DNA from: the human T2T-CHM13v2.0 reference genome, Homo sapiens
Assembly: GCF_009914755.1 (NCBI RefSeq)
Contig: NC_060939.1
Reading direction: 5' to 3' (one strand)
Length of the DNA stretch: 64,000 nucleotides
The number at the start of each line of letters is the position of its first letter. Position 1 is the first letter of the stretch. Position numbers and translations under genes: made by a program. The notes below the pieces were generated by a model. It saw only the letters and a list, made by a program, of their open reading frames with translations. It had not been told where the DNA came from and made no database searches. Shown here one piece after another: positions 1 to 13,317 of this stretch.

Positions 1-207
1 GCTCAAGTGATCCTCCCAACTCAGCCTCCCGAGTTGCTGGGACAACAGGCACAGGCCTCACCTAATTTTTTCTTTTTTTAATTTTCTTGTAGAGATGGGG
101 TCTCACTATGTTACCTAGGCTGGTGTCAAGCTCCTAGGCTCAAGCAATCCTCCTGCCTTGGCCTCTCAAAGTGCTAGAATTACAGGCATGAACCACTAGC
201 CCCAGCC
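1..207 (-). mobile_element. Alu (AluJ-like), truncated by window edge
   Basis: Antisense Alu text: ctcctaggctcaagcaatcctcctgccttggcctc...ccccagcc; J-type 'ggctcaag' diagnostics. Confidence 0.9.
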
Positions 208-1319
208 TATTTTTCATTTTAAAAACTACATATATTTGTAACTATAAGAAAAAACACAGAAAAAAACAGGCACATAGATTTATTCATCATAAAACTTCTT
301 TCCTTTCAAGTTTAATTCAGTGTGAAAGCCATTTCTGTGAAACCCAGTTGATATTAACCTTAACTCAATGCTATTTTGAGCTGAAGATAAGAGAGGAGAT
401 TTGGAGTTGGAAGCTGCTTTTTTCGAATTGTATAAGATGAATAAAAGCATTTGAGCGAGTGTATCTCTTTAAGATCAATGATCCTGGTAAGGCTAATTAC
501 TCTAACCCTCTCCCTCTAAATTTAAAAAGACCTTGGTAACTGGAAGGACCACATGATTAACCGGCTGAGAAGATTGGCCATGATAACGGTGGTTGGTACT
601 TCCAGGTATCCCCCTCAGTTGTCTCTTTGTCACCTGGAGAATATACTGTATGTGCCAATGAGCTGCATCTTGAAGAGCTGGGAGATTCTTTCATGAAGAT
701 TGATAGCAGTGGTACAAGGATGGGGAAAGATATTTTAGGTCTTAATGAGCTTACACTTCCTGGGAAAATGTGGAATGGCATTGGGATTCTAGGGACTCGC
801 TGTTATGGGACAGTCCAGATGACATTGTCTCGCTTTCTTTCAAACCATAGCCCAGGCTTCCTGCTGAAGATGGAGCCATCTTTGTCTTCCAAAATGGCAT
901 TCTCCATCGGAGACTCTTTATTAAAATAAAAATTAATATTGATCAAAATTGTTATTATTTTTTAAACTTCTTCTTCTTATACTACTTATATTTTGTCTGT
1001 ACCTGTTTGTGACTATTATTCTATCATCGGTTCATGAATATTTTCTCATGCTGTTAACAGGAACCTCTCATCATCATAATACAACTCCTAGTCACATGCT
1101 GCTTTTTTTCTTGCATTCTTTTAATCCAGTTGTTCCCCATCTCACAATAGTAAATCTACTTATTACTTGTGCTGTAATAACAAACATATCACACAAGCCA
1201 AAACTTAATTCGTGTTTTTTTTAATGAAGTTACATGATGTTTAATGAAAAATCCTGCTAGTACACATATAAATGGAAACAACACTTCAGACCCAGGGGGT
1301 GGTTTATATACTTAGGGTC

Positions 1320-1690
1320 AGGAATAGCATTCCTGGGAATTCATCCTAAAGAAATAATTAAGCAAACGTGAGAACAAACATAGTATTTAAAAGGTAACTA
1401 TTGTCAATTATTTAAAAACTATTAAAGCTATCCAAATGTCCAACTATAGGAAAATAGCTAAGTAGATATTACACCATTGAACGGGACAGGACAGTTCACC
1501 AGATATTTAAAAATATAATTATTAAGGTGATATATAGAAAACCAAAATACTTTATAGTTTACTGTTAATTTTAAAAGCCTTATATAAAATAATATGCTAC
1601 GTTTTATCATTGTGATTATATAAAATAAAACTATGCAGATTAGAAACAAATGACCATGTACAAAAATTGCTCTGTTAAGTGATGTTAGCA
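1320..1690 (+). mobile_element. Ancient L1M (L1ME-like) 3' remnant
   Basis: tcctgggaattcatcctaaagaaataatta...ccaaatgtccaactataggaaaatagcta resembles L1M ORF2 end/3'UTR; highly diverged. Confidence 0.55.
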
Positions 1691-1848
1691 AATTTTTTTC
1701 TTCAGAAATCTATTATTATCTCATTTTTTGTTTAAAATTTAACTTTACTGATTTTTTAAAATCATAAAGTATGTTAATTTTCGTGTGTTAAATCTATTTG
1801 TCTACCCTTCAATACTTCTAAAGATGGTAAACGTTGACCGAATTAAAA

Positions 1849-1988
1849 TTTTTTTTTATTATACTTTAAGTTTCAGGGTACATGTGCACAACGTGCAGGT
1901 TTGTTACATATGTATACATGTGCCATGTTGGTGTGCTGCATCCATTAACTCGTCATTTAGCATTAGGTATATCTCCTAATGCTATCCC
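1849..1988 (-). mobile_element. Very short 5'-truncated L1PA 3' end (~140 bp)
   Basis: Poly-T then attatactttaagtttcagggtacatgtgcacaacgtgcagg...tatctcctaatgctatccc; TSD-like aattaaaattt (1841-1851) / aattcaaattt (1990-2000). Confidence 0.93.
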
Positions 1989-2229
1989 AAATTCAAATTT
2001 GTAATTAAAATGTTTTTTAATTTACAAGACTTGTAAGTGTAGAAGAAATTTAAATAACACTTCAAATGATGCTTTCATAAGCTTGCAGCATTTAAAATTA
2101 AAATTTTTAAAGCTTAATTATGCACTAAGACTTTTGCTTTACTTGTCTATAAGTATACACATATATACAGTGTTACTTCAACTATATGAGAGTAAAGACA
2201 GTTTGCCTGTCTAATAAAAATAGTAGAAA

Positions 2230-2530
2230 AATAGTATCATATAACCACAGTGCAATGATCAAAGTCAGACAAATTGACATTATTTATTACTATTATCTAA
2301 TCCATGATTTGTATTTAAATTTTATCAAATAATCCAATGTTTCTATAACTAGTTTTTTTTTTCCTGGTATTTAGGATGCAATCCAGGATCATATGGTGCA
2401 TTTAGTTGTCTTAGTTCCTTCATCTTCAGCTGTAGAGTATCTTTCAACTGAGTGTGTCTGATCTTTTCTCATAACTAGACTCAAGTGAAGAGTTTTAGTA
2501 CATACCACAGAAATGACGAAGTAACTTTCT
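2230..2530 (-). mobile_element. L1MB/MC-type 3' end remnant
   Basis: atccaggatcatatggtgcatttagttgtc motif typical of antisense old-L1 3'UTR. Confidence 0.5.
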
Positions 2531-3975
2531 TCCTTTCATTGTTAATAAAAATTAAAATATAAAAATTTTCTTAAATTGTTAATTATATGAAACTGCACTC
2601 ATAAAACAGTTGTCACTAGAGGTAACTCACAAAGTTTTACTTCAAGAGATTACTCTGACAAGAGAATGCAAGTGCTAAATGGAGCTTCCTACAAGATGAA
2701 AGCAAAGCAGACTGTTCAGGCTCCTCAGATCAGTAAGTGAGGCACATCTTTCCACCAAGTATGGGGTTTGGGTGGGTTTAATTTCCAGAAGCATGATTAT
2801 AAACCACATGTCTTGGGCTCAGAGAGCAACAGTGAGGGGTATTCACATTTGAAATATAGCTCAGACCAGAAAACATGGCCCATCCAAATGATGCTTTCTC
2901 CTACATCCAAGAACATTCCCATCCCTCTCTGACTTGTAGACTTGCTCAGCCTCAGCTCATCATTCTTTCCCAAATAACCCAGCCAGAGAACAGCTGCAGG
3001 GTCAGGACATCAAAGCCAAGCTGCGGTGGATGCACGACTGCAGCTCTGCCGTTACCAGGGATGACTCTAGAGACAAGAAAGTCACAGCTGGGTGCTCAGA
3101 TCTCAAGAGGGGGCTGCAATCCTGGCAAATTACAGAATGTATCAAGGAGTTATATGATGAGAAAATGTCTTCTGGATGTCAGGGAGAAAAAACACAGAGA
3201 AAACCCCAGGATCTTGTGTTTTACAGACTCCTTTGTGACTGGAGTCAAACTCACAATAACCCCTTTGCTTTCTGCAGCCACTTCTTCTGGGACATGATGC
3301 TACTTGATGTGTTTATTTAGGTTTCTTTGCGCATTATTTAAAAGCAAATCTCTAAAGCAAGTTACACTTGAGGAGATATGGGCTGGGCGGATTTTTTAGA
3401 AAGAGAATTCACTTAATCCTCAAGAACTGCTGTTGACTTTTCTGCCTGTGCTTCTGCTTATTTATCCCATTTACAATGCATGCTTGCTCAACAAAAGAAG
3501 CAGACAATCATCCTTACACATTCATATCTGTGACACACAATCTGACCACTTCTAACCTTTCAGTTATGATTTGCATAAAATCCTAAGTGAATAGATACTA
3601 TATTTTCCGATGCTCTTGCCACCATGATGCTTGAAGGCTTATTGTTTATATTTCTAGCTGAGCTTCACCAGACAGGAGCAGGCAAAGGGGATTCACCTAA
3701 TGCCAACCCTCTCAATATCTTAAAAATGAGAAAAGATAAGCATGGAAAAATCATGGGAAAAAAACTAAGATATAGCAAACTCCTTGACATAAGTTGAAAT
3801 AGATTAAGTCTGCTTTTAAAGCCAAGAAAAGGAGTCAGGCTTCCCTCTGCAAAACCATATAACAAGACTGCCCTAGGAGTTCTCAAGTAGGAGAGGTAAA
3901 GGGCAACCCAGGCAGGGAGACAGCAGAAACACAGGCCAAGAGAAGAAAAAAAAGGAAAAAAAAAACCTGAGACAT

Positions 3976-4476
3976 TGTATAAGTTAGCTATTGCTAACTA
4001 ATAAGCCACCCCAAAATTTAATGGCTTAAAGTAATGTAGCATTTTTCACCAGGTATGAGCTGGCTGGGCAGTTCTGCTGATGTGGTCTAGCTTATAGGGC
4101 TCACACATGCATGTGTGGTCAATTGCCAGTCAGGCTGGTGGTGCAACTGACCTTGGATGGGCTCTGGTACAGATGCAGAGCCTTAGCTCGAATTGCTGGG
4201 CTGATGCGGCTCTGCTCCGTGGGTCTCATACTGCAACAGGCTGGCCCACACAAAGCCTCATGACAAAGGCAGAGGAGTGGTAGGGAGAGTAAAATCATGC
4301 AAGGTCTCTTGAAGTCTAGGTTCCCAACTGTCACATCATCACTTTCATTGCATTCTATTGAGCCAAGCAAGTCACAGGATATAGCCTAGACGTAAGGGGA
4401 GAGCTGCAAAGTCATATTGCAAAGGGTATAGATTCAGATCTAAAATTGGGGTCATTTTTGCAATCAATCTACCACA
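3976..4476 (-). mobile_element. MaLR solo LTR (MLT1H-like)
   Basis: Starts tgtataagttagctattgct, ends caatctaccaca (TG...CA termini); flanks gacat/gaaat consistent with a 5-bp TSD. Confidence 0.8.
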
Positions 4477-5809
4477 GAAATGCTTAGGAAAGAGCTAATG
4501 GTCAAATACGGGTAAACACTACGACTACCGATGGAGGGTAGTGTTGGGGAATGAGGCTGGGCTTGTAATTAAATGCATAACTAGGTTTAATGCATTTTCA
4601 CCTGATTGCCAATGGGAGAGTCTGCCACAGAAGTGCTAAGATTGGGAACATTAACCTTGAAACACTGTGTAGAATTAATTGGAATAGGAAGAAACTATAG
4701 GTGGGGAGCTCAGTTATGAGACTATTGGAGGGCAGGGGTGGGGATTAACGTGAATTGGACCCCTGGTCTCAGTGGTGGGGTAAAGACAGGTCCACCTCTG
4801 GGGCGCTTTGTGGTAGTGTCTCAGTTCCTGCCAACGGCAGGATCATGGGGTTCTCAGTGGCTGAGGAGGGCAGCATTAGTGTATCAGAAGCACATTTCCA
4901 GCTACAGGGGAAGGAGAGGCTCAAAGGGTCAAGCTGTCTGGGATAAAATGACTTAAGGATGATCAGAATAGTGAAAACCTTACAGTAGTCTTCTGGATCT
5001 AAAACAAGGGGACAAGAGGCTTTAATAAGAGTTGCTTTGGTCTAACAACTTGGACTCCCTAAAATTACTGAAACAGACAGAGCAAAAGTTACAATTCTGT
5101 ATTTAAGCTATGCTTCAGAATTTCTCTTTCTATGACAGTATTCTGAATTGAGTGTTCACTTTATATCCCAGGCCCATCCTAGATACTGCAGCTCCTGAAA
5201 ATAAAGTAAAAGTCACATTTTTTTTCTATTCCTGGTCCATCCGTTCATCTGGAGTTGCCCTCCCTATACGATATCCTCTGGGATTCAATTCCCACCTCAT
5301 AGGTGACAGATATAATGAAGTCATTTCTTCTATATAGAGACCTTCTAGGTAAATAAAAATTACTAATTTACTATTTAGAACAAATGAGTACAGAATAGTT
5401 ATTTGTTCACCTGTTGATTGTCCTCAGCCTCAGCTGAACTTGTTAGCTCTCCTTCCAAATTTCTGCTTTTCCTATATAGAAACATGTGTCACTGGTAAAA
5501 AGCAAGACATCATAATTAGTAAATAAGCCTGGTGAGGAGGATGCCTTGGGTATGCTTCAAACCCTACTTGCCTCCTAACACAATGTCCTTCAGCCTCCCA
5601 AGTCATCCATATAAATGTACTCTTTGAACAAAAACATTGTGCTTAACATGCAAACAGGACTTTGAGCACAACCTGTCATCCTCGTCCTTGTGGAGACTGC
5701 TTCCTCAAGCCTTTTCTCCATGGAAACTCTTGAACTGTCATCAGCTGAGGCCTCAATGATTGGCTTCAATGCAAACTAATATATGTATGTGTGCATATGA
5801 CAGCTGAAT

Positions 5810-5917
5810 ATAGACAGATTACATAGAAAGGTAAACAGATAAATAGATAGACAGATACACAGATAGAGATAGACAGATAGATAGATACATACATACATAC
5901 ATACATACATACATACA
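5810..5917. repeat. Compound (TAGA)n/(TACA)n microsatellite
   Basis: Degenerate gata/gaca units followed by about 8 tandem taca units. Confidence 0.95.
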
Positions 5918-6339
5918 ATTTGGCCAAAACAGTTCTTAAAGAGACATATGTTGTCTTCTCCCTGGACCTCACATCTCACTATACCCCCAAACCAATCATA
6001 CCATCATATCATCTAGTCTATTAAAATTATCATGATCTGTCCTGGCTCTTTAACTTTCCATCTGCTGTACCTCTGACAGTAGCATTTTAAAATTTCGTTT
6101 AGTCATGGTTTTCTGTAGGGTCAGTAGTGTCCTATTATGGCATATCCCAATAGACCTTCTTGGAACATCTGCCCTATTGATTGGATAGCCTCTTGCCCTC
6201 CCACCTTGAAGGTGCTTGTGGCATAAGACTATACAAAGAAGTTCTGTTGACTAATAGAATACATAAAAATATGAAGTCAGTGTATTTGACATCAAGGCTG
6301 AATATATAGTACATTTTCTGATAGTAGGCAGCTTGGCAT

Positions 6340-6500
6340 ACAAGAGAAAATCTGAGTTTTACCTCTGGCTTTTCCACTTACTCTTTATGTGACCTTAAGC
6401 AAGTTACCTAATGCTTTCGAACCCCTTTGTCTTTATTTGTAAGTTGACGGATAATAATGGATACCTCATAAGGCTGCTGTGAAAAATAAGATAAAGGATA
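6340..6500 (+). mobile_element. MIR
   Basis: Core tgtgaccttaagcaagttaccta...ataatggatacctcataaggctgctgtga. Confidence 0.75.
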
Positions 6501-6725
6501 AAAAGTGTTGACCAAAATATCTATCACATTTTGGTTATACAGCAAGAGAACATTTCTTTCCTCTTAATTATGTGAATGCATTACTTCATTGAATGTAAAA
6601 TATAGAAGAAAAGATGTGGAGGAAGGAAGGGGACTCTCTAATGCAAGATACTCTTCATATAAATTGCAGCTTCTACTTTGCAGAAGTCTCCACCACTGAT
6701 TGATCAAGAGTAGCATTTTACGCTT

Positions 6726-7220
6726 TGTTCCAATTGCCTATTGCTGCACCACAAATGATCCCAAAATTTAGTGATTTAAAGTAACAACATCATTTAGTTT
6801 GCTAACAAATCTGTAATTTGGGCTAGGATCATTGGCACAACTCTACTCTGCTTTACCAAGCGTCAACTGGAGTGGCTCAAAGACAGGGTCTATCATTTAG
6901 TGAAGGCTCATTCACTCGCATGTCCGGCAGTTGTTGCTGGTTATTGGCTGGGACCTCGCCAGCCTTTCCATGTGGTCTCTTCTTCGCAACATGCAGCTGG
7001 GTTCCAAGGGTGAGTGTTTTAAAAGAGCCAGGTGGAAGCTGTATCATCTTTAAAGCTCAGCTTCAGAAATGATATAGTGGAACTTCCACCATAGTCACAG
7101 CTCCATTGAGATTTAAGGGTAGGCCATATAGACCTCATGTCTCAAATGTCACCCTGCAAGAAGAGCATGTGGCAGGGAATATATTGGTTTAACCATCTTT
7201 GGGAAATACAATCTTCCATA
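6726..7220 (-). mobile_element. MaLR solo LTR (MLT1G/H-like)
   Basis: cctattgctgcaccacaaatgatcccaaaatttagtgatttaaag...gccaggtggaagctgtatc...atctttgggaaatacaatcttccata. Confidence 0.75.
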
Positions 7221-7409
7221 TTCTACAACTAGAAATTGACTCTGTGAGGGAGCCTTATGGCTGTGTTCCTTTTTGGGGTCACTTTATGCTTTGTGCAGCA
7301 ATCTTTGGAAAATACAATCTTCCATATTCTACAACTAGAAGTTGACTCTGTGAAGAAGTGTTATGGCTGTGTTCCTTTTGGGGGTCACTTTATGCTTTGT
7401 GCAGCAATC
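7195..7409. repeat. Tandem duplication, 106-bp unit x2
   Basis: 7195-7300 versus 7301-7406, about 7 mismatches by eye, 'atc' repeated at the junctions. Confidence 0.95.
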
Positions 7410-7549
7410 ACATTGGGATGACTGCATACATTGGGTTATGTTCTTCCCACTGTGGTAAAAGAGGTTTCCAAAATCTAGGAGATATTTCTTCAATCAAAAC
7501 AAAATATCTTTTTGTTTATTTTACTATGAACATAACACATTCTTTTTAA

Positions 7550-7645
7550 TGAAAAAAAGGAAGAAAGTAAAAAGAGGAAATGAAAGGAGAAGGAAGAAAG
7601 GAAAGAAGGGAGGAAGAAAGGAAGGAAGAAAGCAAGGAAAAAAAT
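7550..7645. repeat. GA-rich low complexity (GGAA/GAAA)
   Basis: Near-pure purine run. Confidence 0.85.
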
Positions 7646-8129
7646 TGGAAGTACTTATCTATCAAATCTTCTAAACAGAATCATGTTGTACATAGTCCTG
7701 AAAAGTTTGTTTCTTTAAAAAATTTAATCTTTACATGACATAGTGGTTTACTTTATGAATGTATTAGAATTTATTTAACCAACTTCCCGTTGACGTATAC
7801 CTCCATTGTGTGCAATTTCTTACTACTATAAAAATACAAGACAATGCTCTTTCTAATCCGACATATTCCTGAACACTTATCTTAGCATTTTCTTAAGCCT
7901 TAAATTAAATTGCCTATGCATTTTAAATTAGTTTTCTTTATAAAGGAAAGTGTAAGATTTCTGGCCCAATTGTGTCCTCAAGGACTCCCTTGGTAACACC
8001 CCCACTCCCCTAATTATTTCAAGTCTCACTTATTTCCAGCAGCCTTGGTAAAAATGACAACTTGTATTTTGTTGCTATATAGCTGTAGATAAATTTATAT
8101 GAATATGGTTATACATAAACCAATTTGTA

Positions 8130-8320
8130 TAACTATGTCAGGCATGATACTAGTGTTTTATGCAAATTATTTTACTTAATTCTTAAAACAACTGTATAAA
8201 GCAGGTATTAATATCCTTATCTTACTGATAATAAAACAGGCTCAGAGCAGTTCACTCTGAGTTTGAACCTGACAGCAGAGTTTTAGCTTAACTCCCTTTC
8301 CATTATACAACACTGTATTC
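8130..8320 (-). mobile_element. MIR
   Basis: actatgtcaggcatgatactag...gcaggtattaatatccttatcttactgataataaaacaggctcagag. Confidence 0.7.
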
Positions 8321-8689
8321 TCACTGAAATGTGTATAAAATATCAGGCAGAAACAAAGAGAAATAGTGTATTTATATACAAAGCAGTGAGTCTTTCATGG
8401 AACATCTTATTACTCTCCTAAATTTTTGCAGTGGCTTTGAAAGAATGTATCACCCAATCAATTGTAGACTCTTCATGTCTGTTTTCTCTGACTGCTCAGC
8501 TTCAACGACATAGCAGATGTATCTGCCTGACCTTGGCTCTGACCTCGGTCCTGTGTCTCACTCACTTTCTCCTACCTTCCACTCTGCATCTCTTCTTTTC
8601 CTTTGTTTCCATTACTGATTCTCTCATTTCCTCTTGCCCTCAGTAGTACGCCTTCCCAAAGCCAGAAAGTCTCTCTGCCTTTTATTCCT

Positions 8690-8980
8690 TTAACACATCC
8701 TGGGAGAGCTCATCCATTCTCATGGCTTTACACATCACTTCTATGCTAATGACTCCTAAATTTACATTTCCAGCCCCATCTTCAATCAAAGCAAACCCTC
8801 ATTAATCACTGAGTTCCTGTTCCTTGTCTCTAGTTGCCCACTGGACACATTCAGCAGGAATATCTTACTGTTACCACATCCCTAAAACCCAAAACATCAT
8901 CTACTCACCAAACTGGTGTCTTCTAAACTCCTTTTCAAGTCATTGGCACCATCCTTCCATTCTTCGGGTGACTCCTGCTG
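8690..8980 (+). mobile_element. L2 fragment (RT region)
   Basis: catggctttacacatcacttctatgctaatgactcctaaatttacatttccagcc encodes a degenerate HGF-H-YADDS motif. Confidence 0.65.
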
Positions 8981-9829
8981 TCTCCACCTTAATTCTGGAA
9001 ATACACTATAAATGTGATGCTTCCTTTATTAATTTAATTGGTATTGTTATACAAAAGTAAAGGAAAAATATTTGATGCATGCTTCGAAATGTTTCTCTAA
9101 TCTTTAGCCGAATTCACAAGATAAATATTGTTCAGCTTTTCCTCCTCTGAGGATGATCATGATGATAATGGCTAACATTTATTGGCCCCTTTTTATGAAT
9201 GAGGCACGGTTTTTAGCACGTCATGTATGTTAGCACATATTGCATTCTACCAAACAGCCTGATGCGATCTCCATTATGCAGACTGGGCATCTAATGCCAG
9301 ATCACAGCAGCATGATTTGACTTCATCACCTTTGCTCTCCTCATTAACCTCCTCTTTCACCTTTCCTTTAGCTTTTAATTTATTGGCCAGCTTAGCTCCC
9401 TTTTCTCTTCCACACATTTAGTTTCTTCTTCTTCTTGTCATTACCAACATGGATCCCCTGACTTCCCAGGCTCGCTAGTCTCCTGAAAAGTTGCCTCTTC
9501 TGCTTGTCAAATGCCACCATGCTGATGCGAGTCTTTGTCCTCTCCCCTGACCTCACAACCCTCCTGGCTTTGGCCTCTGTCTTCCATTGTCCCTTAGCTA
9601 TAATTCATCCTGCATGCTGTTTACCAGACAAATTCTCCACGCACAGCCTGTTCGCCTGAGAGTCCACTTCTGCTGGGACATAACAAATGGCCACGTTTCT
9701 TAGCTTGCTCCCAAATCTACCCTCAAATATCATACCACCTGTTATGAAAATTTTTATTCTACGTACTTTTAATTGTTTTAATCTGAAGCATTTAACGATC
9801 TATACATATGATACAATTTCATAGTACTT

Positions 9830-10073
9830 TATATGCATCATAAAAATGAGTGCATGTAAAAACTGGTGAAATCTGAATAATTTCTCTAGTTTAACTCATA
9901 GCTGACTGTACCAATGTCAGTTTCCTGGTTTTGATGATAATAATTAATAATAAACTACAGCTCTGAGAAATGTTCTCATTGAGTGAAGCTAGGTGAAGGG
10001 TATGTGGGAACTCATTATACTATTTCAGAAAGGTATTAGGAGGCTTGTTTATTTCAAAATAAAAGTAAAAAAT
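9830..10073 (+). mobile_element. L1MC/MD-type 3' end
   Basis: aaaactggtgaaatctgaataa...gtaccaatgtcagtttcctggttttgat...ggtgaagggtatgtgggaactc...tttcaaaataaaag. Confidence 0.7.
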
Positions 10074-10469
10074 ACCCTAAGGCATTTTTATAGGAAGGTA
10101 CATCCCAAGTTGTTATCATTGGGATGAACTGCAATGAAAGGAAGAGAAAAGCTTTTCCTTTTCACCCTACATAGTTCCGCAGTGTCTGAATATTTTGCCA
10201 AATAAATATATCCATGCAGAAGTTGTATACGAATAAGATAAACAGTCTCAGGAAAAAATCAAAAGCATTGTTAGTGTAAATGTTATGTTTGTTTTTCAAA
10301 TTTCTAACTACTTATCTGCTTACTACAATTCAACTTCACTTTGTATTATTCACAAATATGGTCCTTTTAGTCTGATCAGGTAGATCATCTTAAAATTCTA
10401 GAGTGCATATCTTGTCCACCCGGTCTTTTGTTGCTTTCTCTGTTGACAGCTCTGTGGATTTAGCTATGT

Positions 10470-11372
10470 TCTCTAAGCAGATGACTTCCAAATATGTCTC
10501 CTCTGGCTCTCTCGCTGCTTTTTTTTTTTTTTGAGATGGAGTCTCGCTCTGTTACCCAGGCTGGTGTGCAACTGTGTGATCTCAGCTCACTAACCTCCGC
10601 CTACCAGGTTCAAGCAATTCCCCTGCCTTAGCCTCCTGAGTAGCTGGGATTACAGGCATGCACCACTACACCTAGCTAAATTTTGTATTTTTAGCTGAGA
10701 CGGGGTTTCACCATGTTGCCTAGGCTGGTCTTGAACTCCTGACCTCAAGTGACCCACCTGCCTTGGCCTCCTGAAATGCTGTGATTACAGGCATGAGCCA
10801 CCGCACCTGGCCCCCCCTGCCTCCCTTATCTCCCAGAGCTCTATTCGTAAATTCCAACTGCTGCTGGCTTTTGCACGTAGATTTTTTTTTTTTTTTTTTG
10901 CTAGTATGTCAAACTTAGTTTGTTAAAAAATTGAGCTTCTCTTCCCTCCCATGCTATCTCTTCCCTCAGTGCTGTGCATATTCGTTAATGACACCATCAT
11001 CTTTAGAATCAGTCTGACTCAAATCAAGTTAAAGTCATCTTTTGATCTTTTCTCTCCTCCCTTTTTTCTCCCACCCTCTTAGCATCACTTTCCCTTTCTG
11101 CAGACTTGGATGTCCCTCTAGCATGGCATTTAATGTCATGCAAAATCTGACTCCACGTATTTTCTTAGGTGTCTTATTACTCAACACCACACTTTCTACA
11201 TTTTCATAGAAATAAAATTCACGTCATTGTTCTCTTTTCCACCTCCCTACCCTTCATAAGTAGATAATAGTGTCCTGGAAGGAAAGGAGTTCTATCTTTC
11301 TTATCTTTATATCACCTACCTGGCATTAGAGGCTCAATAGTCACTCAAAAACTATTTGTTGAAGTGAATTGA
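10470..11372 (+). mobile_element. Fragmented L2 interrupted by an Alu
   Basis: gcagatgacttccaaat (ADDSQ-like) before the Alu; L2 3' tail ctatttgttgaagtgaattga near 11370. Confidence 0.55.
10519..10812 (-). mobile_element. AluS (Sx/Sz-like)
   Basis: Full dimer antisense: poly-T, gagatggagtctcgctctg ... gagccaccgcacctggcc. Confidence 0.96.
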
Positions 11373-13317
11373 TTTTCCTAATCAGATTTTAGTGATTTGA
11401 AAATAGGCTCTTAGGCATACAAAGACTTCTGAACACATAGTAGGAGCTTAATAAATATTCACTGATTGATTAAAATTTGTTAGCCAGGTTTCATTATCAG
11501 GCAAAATGAAATACAGAAAATAAACTCCCATCTCAGGCTAACTTCTCCTAGAAATAGAGATGAATGATTCCATTGAGTGATATAGATGAGTATCTGGTCT
11601 GGCCTCCATAGAGAAGAGTAAATTAGATTTTTTAAATAGTTCCAGGGTTAATAATGTAAGATGTTATTAGTAACACAAGAAGTAAGGAATCATTTTTAAT
11701 GTAGTCTATGACCTTTATCTTGATATACTGGAATAAGAGATGTATGCACCAGAATGGGAAGAACTGCTCATTTTCAGCAAGGATTTGGAAACAAAGGGCA
11801 GAAGCTCAAATAGGGAACATTCAAGTTTGACTAAGAACCAACCAGGAGAATGCACTGCAATTTCCCAGGCCCCACACAAGGCCTCAGGAACTGAATCGGT
11901 CCAGAGGGAGATGGTTGTTAAGAACAAGAAAGCTACTCTTTTCACATAAATACATAAGTCATAATCAATAATTTAAGAAGAATAAAGGAAATTCAAAAAC
12001 AGCCTATGTCAGTTTAATGAGATTTGGGGAAAAAAAATATGATCTCCTTTTAAAGTTTGCTTCAATACAATAGGGCCTCTTTAACACATCCCTAATTGGA
12101 TTTAATGGAGGTGAAACAGATTTAACCAATCTTAACCCAGATTTATTCAATATTATGTAGATTTTACAAATTCACTGGAGGTTCAATACGAGTTACTGTG
12201 ATCTTAGTAAATCTTCCCTGATTCTTATTTGCACTTTCTGTAATTTAATAAGGAGGCAGGTGTAACCAACACTAAGATTTAATAAATATTTAGAGTTTTA
12301 TTGAAAAAAATAAACAATTCAAAGATGTATTCAATAGGCTTAAGACTTAACAAATATTGTCTCAACTCAGGGAAATACAAATTGAATAAAAATAGCCCTA
12401 ATTGCTTGCTCTGAGACAAGTGTTCAATTTACCAATCATTTTTTATATATTTAATAAATTATTAAATCAAGTGCAATGCTCATTAAAGATTATATCATTT
12501 GAAGGAACTCCTCTCAGCTATGATTTATTTACTTTAATGTCCCATTGATTAAATGTTCTTCAGATCTTAAAAGTCCACTTCAGGTTTAATAGGTATCAGG
12601 TCAATTTAGAAAAGCATTTGGAACACATGAAAGCCAATCAGCAGGGAAATGATATGTACACTGGGTACTATATGGGTGCCATAAGTGGGAGGGATGTTGG
12701 AAAATCATGTATTTAAAATGCTACTTAAAAGCATTTCCAAGAGAAAATACTGTAATTCTCTAAGCTTCTCAAGTGCCTATAAGTGGGATGGATGGGACCA
12801 AAATGTATAACCCAAGGAAAGCGTGGTAAGCAGGATAAATTCTCTGGAGTAGTCCTAGGAATATGACTTTTAGTGGAACTGCCTAATAGCTAAAGTGCCT
12901 TCTTTGGAAGTTAATGTGAATTAGAGCTGTAACCATATCTCCGGGGTTCCTATGACATGTTTTATTCTTTCATATATCATGTCTCCAAGACATCTATAGA
13001 GTTACAACTTTGAAATTTGGAGTACATTCTTACTTGGCTAATTTCCACAGTGATGTAATATTATGATTCCAAGAATTGATGTCTGCTAGGGTTCAGTGCT
13101 TTTGTTGTGATTTGACAGATAAAGAACAGATTCTATGTGAAGCAATACCTTGAATACTGCACCCAAATTGTTACTCTGTGTGTTTATGAAAAGAAGATAA
13201 CATGGCATTTTATACTTAGTCATTAAGAGTCCCTGGATACCATAGCAGGTAATTAGTGAGCTCAACACAAGCCTTTCATTTGCCCTTTTAATGCTAAAAT
13301 AATAATACACTCACTCC

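Noticed and set aside
2875-3320. 140-aa and 96-aa overlapping ORFs as a gene
   Set aside because: No recognisable domain, promoter or convincing splice context; length is compatible with chance
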